A DNA stretch of 64,000 bases from Eledone cirrhosa (Eukaryota), in NCBI GenBank assembly GCA_964016885.1, contig OZ024749.1, forward strand, positions 20,894,001 through 20,958,000, given 5' to 3'. The stretch's first letter is position 1. The number at the start of each line of letters is the position of its first letter. Position numbers and translations under genes: made by a program. The notes below the pieces were generated by a model. The model saw nothing but the letters and a program-made list of their open reading frames with translations, did no database searches and was not told the origin of the DNA. Below, one piece after another: positions 38,738 to 50,440 of the stretch.

Positions 38738-40015
38738 CATCATCATCATCATCATTTTACGTCCGCTTTTCCCTGCTTGCAAGGATTGGATGGGTCCTAT
38801 TCAGCACAGCATCTCTCCACTTGTTACGGTCCTTCAGCATCTCCTCCGTGAGTTTCAGCAATCTGAGGTCTGCTCTCACCACCTCCGCCCATGTTTTTCG
38901 TGGTCTACCTCTACTGCGTCTTCCTTCTACTGGGATTTCTTGGCACTTTTTTACACAGCGGTCATCCTCCATGCGCACCACATGTCCATACCATCTCAGC
39001 CTTCTCTCCTGCACACCACAACTTATCCCTCTTATACCCAGTTTCTTTCTCAACTCGTCTATGCTTGGTCGTTCACGCACATTGGCATTGTACATCCAAC
39101 GGAGCATACTTGCTTCATTTCTCTCCAGCCGTCGCATATCTTCTGCAGTTGCTGCCCATGTCTCACTACCATGCATCATCGCGCATATCACACATGCATC
39201 ATATAACTGTCCTTTCGTACGCAGGGAGAAACCCTTCTTTGTCAACTGAGGAAGCAGCTCCCTAAACTTCTTCCAACCCGTCCTTAGTCTAGATACTATG
39301 GTCTCGGAACACTACCCTCATGCTAATCTGATCACCTAGGTACCGGAAACTATCAACAACTTCTATAGAACCCACCTGCATTGGAAAAATGTGTATCACT
39401 GTGATTACTACTGCCAATTTTCCCTGTACATCTACTGCATACGTAGTTTTCCCTACTTGTTAGTTTGGCTACTATCCCACTACATCTCTTGTGTACCCAA
39501 GATCTGCATTGCGTACATTTTATGGAATTTATGCCAGTTCCTTTCCTACATATCGAACATGGCCATTTCCCTGATGGAAACAGGGTATTGTCCTCTCTTC
39601 TACTTATCAACACTTGTTTTAGCTATGTTCACTCTCAGTCCTCTTGATTCCATAACCAGAATTTATTCTCTAGCTCCTCTACTGTTTCTGCTATAAGAAC
39701 CAGATCATCAGCATAGAGAAGTTCCACGGGCATCCAGTCTTAAACTCCTGTTATGGCTTGGCGGACTATAATGAACAAGAGCGGGCTGAGGACCGAACCC
39801 TGATGTACACCTACTTGTATCTGGAATTCCTCACTAAGCTCCATTCCTATTCTCACTTTACTGACAGTACCCCTGGACATAGCTTGCACTGTCCTGACAA
39901 GCCATTTCTCTACTCCTAGTTTCCTTAGGGACCACCAGATGACAGATCGGAGTACCCTATCAAAGGCTTTCTCTAGGTCAACAAAATCTAAGTATAGTGG
40001 CTTATTCTTCTCTAA
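38738..40015 (-). mobile_element. 5'-truncated, frameshifted RTE-clade LINE (RT domain, Cys/His finger, C-terminal region, (ATG)n tail)
   Basis: FVDLEKAFDRV, GVHQGSVLSPLLF, LYADDL near 39700-39720, CSIC..CTQC..WVHKRC..CSRC, MMHGSETW, RLRWYGHVVRM, RGRPRKTW spread over three broken ORFs. Confidence 0.92.
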
Positions 40016-40148
40016 ATTGAAATGGTCACAAGCACACCTGAATGACTCACATATATAATTAAAAAAAAACTGCAATGGTCTGACGCCCATAAATGTCTTT
40101 TACATAGAACATTTGAAGAAGTCTGACTGTGGTCTTCAACATATCTTA

Positions 40149-40468
40149 CATCATCATTTTACGTCCGCTCTTCTCTGCTTGCAAGGGTGGGACGGGAACT
40201 GATTCTGGCTTGATTTCTACAGCTGGATGCCCTTCCTAACACCAACCTCATTTACAGTGAGTGCTGGGTGTTTTTTTGCCATGGCACCTCCACGACCACT
40301 TTGCAGTGGAATGCCAGTCCTATCATCTAATTTCTACAACTGAGTAAACTGGAGCAATGTGAAATAAAGTGTCTTGCTCAAGGAAACAACACATCACCCG
40401 GTCCGTGAATTGAACTCACAACCTTTCGATTGCAAGGCCAATGCTCAAACCACTTAGCCATGTGCCTT
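40149..40468 (-). mobile_element. tRNA-derived SINE, family 1
   Basis: Reverse complement of the 60.9 kb copy. Confidence 0.85.
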
Positions 40469-41183
40469 ACATATATTTTTTAAAAAATTGAAAAGGCCCT
40501 TCTAGGTCCACAAATTTTATCCTACATATAAACATTTTTAAATGGTCTGAGACCCACATCTGTTGCCAACCTAAGGTCTAGGAGAGAGAGAGAGAGGGGG
40601 AGAGAGAGAGATATATGGAAGAAGTCATTACAAGTTGGCAGCAGGTCAGAAACTTATCAGTTTACCATCTGGAAACATTTGCTATTATTTATTTTAAACA
40701 ATAGATATTTTCTAAACACAAATGAATTGCAGCTTTTAAACACCAAAAGTAGTAGTAGTAGTTGCGGTGGTAATAGTGATAGTAGTTGCACTGATGGGAA
40801 ATTAGCCATGTTTCCCAAGAAAGCCAACAACAACAATAAGAGCAACATTAGACTATATATTAATAGCTTTTATATTTCTTTATGTTGTTGTCACCACCAC
40901 CACCCTTTACTTTAAATACAGGGATATATGAGAGATTCCATTGACTACCAAGACAGATAAAAAGATATACATATTACATGGAGAGAGAGAGAGAGAGAGA
41001 AAAGGGGGGTGGGGTGGGGGGTGAAACACCATCACCACCACAGCAAGGGGAGAGAGGGGTAGGGTTAGATTCCATTGAGAAAAGCTATAAACGTTATGAA
41101 GAGGCATTGTTGTCAATATTTAGTTACTAGTGGTGCGGCAACCCCCTCCCCAATCTTATCAAAGTTATTTGCAGTGGTTTCTT

Positions 41184-41263
<80 letters not shown>

Positions 41264-42536
41264 ATAGGCACACTATTAACAAGCATCTATTTACTTATCA
41301 GTATACTTATATTGTTCTCTCCACAACTTAAGAAATACTCACAGCCAAGTGAGCCATTGAGATTATACTGCCTATATTGTTGTTTTCAATTACTTTTGAA
41401 ACAAAAGAGTTGAGGGGACCAGCTCTTCAGCCTGGCTGGGCATATGACAGCTTCTCTAGTGCTGGTGTCTCAAAAAACGCACCCAGTACACTCTGCTATG
41501 TTGTTGGTAATCAAACTGGGTCTATTTAGGAAAGGGCTCTTCAGTCTGGTTGGGCATATGACAGCCTTTCAAGTGCTGGTGCCACAAGAAAACGCACCCA
41601 GTACAATTTTCAATGTTGTTGGCAATCAAACTGAGTCAATGTATGAAAGAGCTCTTCAGTCTGGCTGGGCGGTCATCATCATCATCGTCGTCGTCGTTTA
41701 ACGTCCATCTTCCACGCTAGCATGGGTTAGACGGTGTCAAAAGAAAACACACTCTTAGTCATTGGGAGGGCATTCAAGCGTAGAAACCATTCCAAAAATA
41801 AGGAATGAATGGGGTGCAAGATGAGGTTTCCATTCCAACCACTCAACCAATGCCATCACAGAGATCGGTTGTAAAACGGTATTGAATAAACTAGGTGGGC
41901 ATTTCAATAAAAAATTTCTATAACAAATATCGAGGCTGTCATAGGTGTGTTGTGTGTGGGTGGGTGTGGGGGGTCAAAACGATGAAACACTCTAATATAT
42001 ACATATAACAGTTATAGAAAGAAACATTTGTAGCCATGGAATTTCTTTCCATAAACCTACGTTTAAAAAAGTCATTCATAGAAAGTATAATTCTTCTTCG
42101 CTCACTTATTCCTGAGAGGGTCGTGGGGGCAGAAGCAGCCCTTTGTTGTAACGTTACTCGATAAAGTGCGTAGCTCGGAGATCAGAGTCACTCCAGGTAG
42201 AGCCGCGACATCTCCGATACTATGGACATGTGGTTAGAAGTCTCAGGAAAGAATCGCTGGACAGATTTTACGGGCAAAAATCAACAGGCATAACAAATAT
42301 AATTCACAAAATAATAAAAAATAAACAAACAATACACGATATATACTTTAACCCTTAACATCCCGTAATAATTTTGTTAGAAAACTTTCTAATAACAGGT
42401 TTGTTAATTCAAATGTTAGCGAACATTTGTAGTATTTCGTACCTTTCAAGAATGCCTCGCTAATGCGGTACAGAATGTTAAGAATTAAGATATCTAACAA
42501 ACACAAGCGTAGACAAAATATGAAAATGGTTTTTAC

Positions 42537-42561
42537 CTTTGTTCCAGACGACAGGAAATCC
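42537..42561 (-). CDS. PTBP1: PTB 25-nt microexon (xDFLSSGTK), equivalent to vertebrate PTBP1 exon 2 (..DIAVGTK)
   Basis: Long U tract, then ttttttcag|G GAT TTC CTG TCG TCT GGA ACA AAG|gtaaaa. The phase-0 end joins RGSEEL to give the conserved GTKRGS motif. Confidence 0.85.
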
Positions 42562-44124
42562 CTGAAAAAATAAAAAAACAAAAAAAAATCATAAATATAA
42601 TAAAACAATAAAGAAAACAAACGTTACCCCCCTCCTTCTTCTATAAAAATAGTATAACTTCTAAAATGGTTAAGGGGAGAGCACTCGAAAGAATTACTGT
42701 CAAGGGAAGTAAGTCGATAAAACCGTTACTGCAAAATACCAGGGTTGTTCCCCTTGGCAGACGCGATTGAAAATAGAAGAACGCAAATTAAATGTTATTT
42801 TAAATTAATGAGCGTTGCAAATTATAAATAACTTTTATATACATAAAAAGGGTTTCATTTAATTGAAAAAACATTTTAAAACAACTTTTAATATTTCTAT
42901 TTTATATATATTTTCCTAAATTATCTCCCCTACACTGTACACAAAGAACTTTAGTCAGCACTCTGTAAAACCCAGCCGTTGCCCCCAAAACTAACTTTAT
43001 AGATATCTTTCTCAATAAGCTGGTGTTTGGAACGTATTTAGCTAAATATAACTGAACTTCACGTCACACCAGGGCCTGGAACTGGTAAAAGACAACCCCT
43101 GTGACCATAGGACAGTTTCATATATACACACACGATTTACACCTACTCTCTCATACATTATAATGAAGTTAGCAATATCAAAGATATTTAAGAACAGTTA
43201 GAATCTTTAACTTTACTAATACAAAAAGGAAACAGAAAATATAATTTATATATAGCTCATAACGTAGATTTATTGTGTATTGAAGCATCTTGCTCAAGAA
43301 CATTGAATGATTTTAGTAATCTACACAATTTCTTTACTATATTTCTAATAAAATCTACTGCATTTCAATTAAAACAAAATTTTGGAAGGATCTACTAAAG
43401 TTAATTAAGACGTTAATTGAAAATAACAAAAAAAAAAAAAAAAAAAAAAAAAGGGTTTCTTATAACAAATCGTGGCGGGTGGTCTTAATATAAACAGGAA
43501 CCCTTGAGAATGGGTGTTTCTATATCAGAGAACAAGGTGCTTTCGGATGGGTTGGTTAGAAAAATAAAGAGGGGTGCCGTTTTCAAAGCGAAGGAGTCAA
43601 AACAAGTGACATAGTCCCTCCTCTCTCACACATTATAATATATATATATATCCAAAATTAGGACTTATACAAATAAAACACCCGAGGCATGTTAAGGAGA
43701 GGGAGGGAGTATTGTATTATACACATATATTCTATATATTCACACAACATATTCTATATTTTCAAGTTGTTTACTCAGGTAACAATAACTTGTATGATGT
43801 AATAGATAACAGTAGTGGTGGTGGTGTTGTTAACAAGACAGGGTAAAATAACATTTACAATAAAGCCATATGGCTTGAGTAACAGCACCTGTCAACAGCT
43901 ATTTTGTTCAAAAAAATCAATTTAGTGTATATACGCGTGTGTGAATATATGTATATATAAATAACTAATACACATACATAAAGTATGTGTCGACACAGCC
44001 CAATCACATACATTGAAGTATGTATATTCACACACACACACAAGATATATATATTTTAAGATAGTAAGTGAAAGGCGATATATTATGCAAGCGTTATGAA
44101 CTATCGATATATTCAACGATACCA

Positions 44125-44160
<36 letters not shown>

Positions 44161-44298
44161 GAGTTAAACAAGATTCAGTGAGTACATCGAAAAATGAGTT
44201 TTACAGGAGATTGGAAGCACTCTACAGTTTAAAAAAAAAAAATGTCCAGAGTTATTAATTCAAATATTAACAAAATAGATATTCTTGTGATCAATTAA

Positions 44299-44364
44299 AT
44301 TTTATTATACATATTTCAGAGGTACTTGAATCAGGTTCAACAATACGTCCTCATCAGATAAAAT
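44299..44364 (-). ncRNA. Type I hammerhead motif, family B, left arm of a fold-back
   Basis: AUUUUAU CUGAUGA GGACGUAU UG UUGAA ccuga UUCAA GUACCUCU GAAA UAUGUA U A AUAAAAU. Confidence 0.8.
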
Positions 44365-44452
44365 AAAATGATACATGATATACCCTGACATGTTAGATGG
44401 TTAAGATTTAATCAAGAACCATCTAACATGTCAGGGTGTCATGTACCATTTT

Positions 44453-44518
44453 ATTTTATCTGATGAGGACGTACTGTTGAACCTGATTCAAGTACCTCTG
44501 AAATATGTAAAATAAAAT
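44453..44518 (+). ncRNA. Type I hammerhead motif, family B, right arm (U16.1 changed to A)
   Basis: Inverted copy of 44299-44364; CTGATGA at 44460-44466, GAAA at 44500-44503. Confidence 0.7.
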
Positions 44519-45029
44519 TTAATTGATCACAAGAATATCTATTTCTATCTACATACACACCATTCATGTTCTACAAACATTGGGGCATGTTGCTACAAGT
44601 TAATTTATTTTCCAAAAAATATATATCCTGCCTCACTTTTTTGCAGCTTAAAATCAAAAAATCAATACACACATTTATATATACAATACTCTGACACACA
44701 TGCCCATCTAGAGATTATAAAACCCGAATAAGCATGTTGGATGTGTGCATGCATGTACACACACACATCACTCAATTCTTGAAGACTAAGTAGATTATTT
44801 CAATAGAGCCCAAAGGAAGAGGTGTGTTTAGTGGGATGGATGTATATAATATCAAACAAGCCTTTGTGTACCCAGTGTGGAGATGGTCCAGTAACTCTGG
44901 ATATTTTAGTCAATCGTTATGGTGGCAGATGTTCGATTGTATAGCAGGGATGGAGTAGGGTGGCTATACACTACACAGAGTATACAGACAGGCGCGCGAA
45001 CATATTCATATACATGCAAACATATTTAT

Positions 45030-45064
<35 letters not shown>

Positions 45065-46701
45065 GATATACAGGCGTTCATACACACGACGTAGTTAGTT
45101 ACAAAGGCAGTAATGTGAGAAGGAAAGTTTAATTAGAAGCAGGGAGGGGCATCTTTTAAGAAGGCGGGGGGGGGGGGGGGGAATAAAAAGCGCCAATTTT
45201 TATACCACAGGCTTTACAGGTAATGTTACATGGTTACAGATGTTACTAAATCTATAGCTATATTTTATTCTAGGACACTATCGGTTCTTTGTTCGGATTA
45301 AATACTATATAACCCTGTAGTTAAGCTGTTGCCAAATCCATAATAACTATGTTTACCGAGGCAAGAAGTAGTTAGGGCCATACCCATGGGTAAAATGACT
45401 ATATACCCTCAGGCCTTACATGTTACTGGGTTACTTTACGGAAGCTACCAAAACCAACAGCAATATTTACAGGGCAGAAACTCTACCACTCTTTAAATTT
45501 ACCAATTTTTTATAATTTATATTTGTGCTATTAATAGCGGTGTCCCAACATGGCCTCAACCTGTCGACTACAACATTTAATAGAGTAAAGCTATTGCTAT
45601 ATTTATAGGTCGAGAAGGTAAGGAGGAGACGGATCGAACACAGAAACCTAGATGCACAAATTTATTTGTCCAGGTAAAATACAATATACTCTCGGGTCTA
45701 CATGATAGTAAGCTTTTAGTTACAAAAGCAAACGAGCTATTAGAGCACACATTTAGGTAAAATGCTAGCCCTCACTCTCTCTCTCCTTGCCGGGTCAACA
45801 CATACATGGGTTAATCACGCATGTTACTGAAAGCCAACAAGCGTAACTGTTTATAGGGCAAGGTGTATACTCAAGCTCAGACAGACATAATGAAGAACAG
45901 TTTCTAATAATACCTATAGGCCAGTGATTAGTGTCATTTGAAACATGACCTAGTTTTATTTCAAATTAGACACACATGAATGTCCATGTGGTGTGTATAT
46001 GTAATGAGAGAGGAGTAGGTAAGTAGGTAGGAAGAAGCTTTTAGCTTCAATCTATAACTATAAGAACAAAATATATACAAATATATTTTTGAAGTTTAGC
46101 AGTCCATGGCATACATGTAAAGATGGACATTATATCTTGAGCCAAACACAAGTATTGAATATAGGTGAAGTGTGTGTATGTGGAGAGAGGGGGAGGAGAA
46201 ACCTATCGTTAATTTCTTGGTGTTAAAATTTTCGTCGCACTGTTTGCAACAGGGTCACTGACAGCTCCAGTTTGCAATAATTGCTTTAATTTCAACACAG
46301 GGTTACAGACCACACACACATATATATATAGAGGGAGCGGGGGAGGCTTCTGTCTGAAACGTCGAAACCACCTCCATCAAACGCGAACCTAATATAACTG
46401 TAAATTGCCTCCGGTGTTTTGTTCGTTCAACTATAATATATATATATAAGGGAACGGGCGAAGGCCTCAATAACATCATCTTTGTCCGTTCCATTGTCGT
46501 TTTAATTTGAATTGCCTAGAGAAGGTAACTTATGTAAGAAACTGTCTGATGAAATCATGGCACTGAACTCTCAGATGGGCCAATTGGGGGAGGGGTACCA
46601 CCTAATTTATAAACATCCCACCGGTTTACATAACATATATATAGCAAAAAGTGGGGACCCCGACGGCTGAGCTCTTGCCGTTTCAACAGCTACTTCCAGA
46701 C

Positions 46702-46740
<39 letters not shown>

Positions 46741-46742
<2 letters not shown>

Positions 46743-47288
46743 GTAAGTATGCATGTATACGTACATACATATATGTATACAGACGTACAGTAGCATGCAC
46801 ATATATATATATATATACATATATACATACATATGCATACAGGTACACATACATATATGCACGTATCAGTTTAGCGGCGCTTATTATAACGTCGCTTTGT
46901 TCGTTTATGCTCAATATGCAAATTAGGCTGCTCAGCCGTTAATTTTCATAAGGAAAGTATATACTTTCGAACGTTCAACTATCTGGCAGATGGGTAAACG
47001 GTGCTGATGATAGCTAACAAGCTTGAAACTAGTACATCGTTCCTGTGTCAGTGTTGAACAAAAAGGTGACGTGGTTGCCTTAACACCGTATGGCATAAAT
47101 TCAGGCTGTTCAGTTTGTTTACAAACGAACAAAGCGACGTTATAATAAGCGCCGCTAAACTGATACGTGCATATATGTATGTGTACCTGTATGCATATGT
47201 ATGTATATATGTATATATATATATATATGTGCATGCTACTGTACGTCTGTATACATATATGTATGTACGTATACATGCATACTTACAT
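46741..47288. repeat. Long inverted repeat with ~166-bp arms (46741-46906 and 47123-47288)
   Basis: Arms are near-exact reverse complements; the ORF track shows mirrored peptides on opposite strands. Confidence 0.9.
46997..47041 (+). ncRNA. Minimal type I hammerhead ribozyme motif, helix III ACUAGU
   Basis: AACGGUG CUGAUGA U AGCU aaca AGCU U GAAA CUAG U A CAUCGUU; 7-bp stem I, GUA cleavage triplet. Confidence 0.8.
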
Positions 47289-47404
47289 TTAAGTAAGTGC
47301 CATACTAAGAGTGAGAAATGAAATTTCGTTTTCATTTTGTTTCAATTTATATATATATATACATACACACACATAAAGTAAACAGAAACAACAAAGCAAA
47401 CGAG

Positions 47405-47442
47405 ATATAACGTTTCGGACAATAGTCCTTCATCGGAAGATA
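47405..47442 (-). ncRNA. Hammerhead motif, family A, core CUGA changed to CCGA
   Basis: ucuu CCGAUGA a GGAC uauu GUCC GAAAC GUU auauc. Confidence 0.6.
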
Positions 47443-49872
47443 GAATAAGAGGAAGGAACGGGAAAACATTTTCTTGAGAAATAACGCGCGCGCGCGCGCG
47501 TATTGAGTCAGCACACATATATATATATATATATATATTTAAACTAAAAATATTAATATATGCACTGCGCCTTGCCGGTGACTCATTCCCAGCAATAGTA
47601 CACCTACCCACAGGTCTTGTAACCGCATTTCGTGTCGGCAATCATTGTTTGTTTTTGTTATTTTATTTTATTATGTTCGAATAAATAAAAAGAAACCCGA
47701 CTTGAGATACGATCTGAAATCATCTTCGTCTGAAACCAACAATTCCATGTTTAAGGAAAAACTTAAAACTATATTAGAATGGATAGATGTGATACCGACA
47801 TTATATATTAGCAATTAAGCATAATAGTACAGATAATATAGACAATCACACACTGTGTGTGTTTACTATCTGTACTATATGTGTGTGTGGGTACATGTAA
47901 TTACACAGTATGTGGTGTATGTTGACATATATGAGATGGAGCGAAAGAGGAATGAGGGCACTAAGAAGAAGAGAGGAGCAGAGCAAAGAGAAAGAAAACC
48001 AGAAAAAGAAGATGGGTGGTAGTGGGAGGAGATGTTATTATAAGAGATGGTGTATATATCTGATATTATATATACTAAAAGAAAATAGTCAACCAAACCA
48101 GATTTTGCCAAGATGTCATTGGCCAAGCTAGGTTCTACTGAGTTTATTCCAATATCTTATTTCAAGCTCTCCCTCTCTCATCCACAGCAACACAGCCATC
48201 TGTCTACTTTCAAAAAGACACACACACACACAGACAAACTGACAGCAACAGCAGGCATAGTTACCTCAATCAGCCAATCTCTCTTAGTCTATTAAGAGGG
48301 GAGGAGGGACCATGTGGTAGTGCTCACAGAGAAAATGTAGCTCTTAATTCTGAGTATAACACGAAAAAAATATCTTTGCAGTAATTTTATATCCAAACCA
48401 TACCTAAGACCCATTTGAATAAAAACAAAAAACCGTTTGTGGAATTTCAAGAACGTAGGAGGGAAAAAAAAAAAAAAAGCCTCAACTGTTTGAAACAACT
48501 TGCAAGTTCTTCGCCCAGATTCTGGTTGACATCTCACAAGTGCCTTCTATGCTACCGAGAAGATGGGTGACATTAAAGAGGTTGCAAGGACTTTTCATTG
48601 GTGTCAAGGGCACAACAACTTCTCTCGCACCGGTGCCATGATAAAAATGCACCCAGCAATAGAAAAATTAACTCACAAAGGGTCGAAAGGACCCTTCAAT
48701 TGTGTCAATGGCACAACAACCTCTCTTGTACTGGTGCCATGCTAAAACGTACTGACCCATAAAAAACTTGTCTCACAAAGGGTTGAGAGGGCTCCACAGT
48801 TGTGTCAGTGACACGCCAATCTCCCTGGTGCTGGTACCATGATAAAATGCACCCAACACACTCTGCAGTGTGTGGGAATGTATATGTGTGAGATGCAATC
48901 CCCAGCCTGCCAGAGAAAGGTTAGTAGCAGTGAAGTACTGATCTGCCCAACAGTTGCTAGCAGGAAAAGTGGTGTTAAATAGTCGTTTCTACTTTTGGCA
49001 CAAGGCCAGCAATTACCCAGTACATTACTGGTACTTTATTTTATCGACCCCGTAAAGATGAAAGGAAAAGTTAACCTCGACGGGATTTGAACTCAGACCG
49101 TAAAGGGAAGTAACTATGCTGGAAAGCATGGCGTCTGACCCTCTACCGATACTGCCAATTCGTTAGTTAGCTATGTATATGGAGGATAGAACTACAGACC
49201 TTTAACCCTTTTTGTCGACAACATAAAAATCTACACATGCACTTAATATTTTCAATTAGCTACAAAAAAAAAAAAAAAAAAAAAAAAAATGTTTATCTTT
49301 CACATCCCTTCTGTGCCAAAAATGTACTTTTAATTCTCGCACTGAGTCCCAAAGGGATAGCTGGTATGTTTTAGTTTGTGAAAGAAATCCAATAGTAACT
49401 AAGCGCTAAAAAAAAAAAAAAAAAAAAAAAAGCACCTGAAGAGTTAATATTTTTATAACAATCAGCAATTTGTGAGGGGAATTTGAAAGTAATAAAAATA
49501 AAATAAAATCCCCCTGATTTCCTCTCAATAAAGCTGGTGTCTGGAACCCAATTTAATGGAACATTAAGGTCGACAAAGATGTTAATAGGAATATGGGTGG
49601 GAAGTGCCTTCTCAAGGAGATAAGACAGATGAAACCATATTTAGGGCTTCACAGTAAGTACTTTTATCAGACAAGCTAGATATCATATACTGGTGCCTGT
49701 CAAATGCCAACCATATTGCTTTCCTGGTACAGAGAAAAATTAATTGAAAGTTGTGATGAAATCAGCATCAATAATATATTATTAAATATATATCTTAGAT
49801 TAATTCCATGTTGGTAAGGTAATTCAACTAATGTATACTCATTGCTGTGGAAAAAAAAAGAAGAAAACAGAT

Positions 49873-49917
49873 TGCCATTACATGTTTCACTGCTAATTAG
49901 ATGTTCATCAGAAGACA
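49873..49917 (-). ncRNA. Minimal type I hammerhead motif, helix III ACAUGU, partly decayed stems
   Basis: UGUCUU CUGAUGA ACAUCUAAUUAGCAGU GAAA CAUG U A AUGGCA; 5 of 6 stem I pairs form. Confidence 0.55.
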
Positions 49918-50405
49918 CATGCCCCTTATCTTTTCGCTAATATCGAAATGTCATTTACTTCAATTACAAACGAAAGCTAAACTAAAGTGGTCAGTCTAAT
50001 AAAACATGCAGTCATTAGTGACAAAATGGAATTAATTAAAATAATTATCTTAATGAAATATTATCTGAGGATAATATTAACAGAGGAAAAACACGCTTAA
50101 TACCCTTCCGTTACTATATTTCGTATGAAAGACTACATTTGATGGAGGAATTTAGTAAAATAACAAAAATTCTTAAATAAAATTAAGATTGAAGGTTTTT
50201 AAAATAATTATAAACATTTTAAAGAACCAGGGGTTGTTTCAAGAAGTTTGGTATCAAGCTGGCTAAAATGTATCGAGACGTTTATGAAGCTAGTTGAAGA
50301 GAATCGCTACAACTTCAGCCGTTTCCTTAGTCAATGATATAATTAGGTTTGTAGTATTAGAAATACAAACCCATTACTCTGAGTGCACACATACGTTAAT
50401 CAGTA

Positions 50406-50440
<35 letters not shown>

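Larger units (their letters stand above)
1296..42561 (-). other. PTBP1: Polypyrimidine tract-binding protein gene (PTBP1/hephaestus-like), partial: N-terminus, RRM1, RRM2 and start of linker
   Basis: GT-AG exons join in consistent phase to give GTKRGSEEL...VVHLRGLP...KQKNQAFMEF...VYVQFSNHKEL...ILRVIIDNMVFQINIDILYQIFCKFGTIQKIITFTKNNTYQAVIQF...[41 protein letters not shown], characteristic of the PTB family. Gene extends beyond both ends of this span. Confidence 0.95.

Noticed and set aside
38550-39265. Plus-strand ORFs of 218, 142 and 124 aa
   Set aside because: Antisense shadows of the RTE LINE plus microsatellite.
39700-39720. CTGATGA on the minus strand
   Set aside because: It is the coding sequence of the RT LYADDL motif, not a ribozyme.
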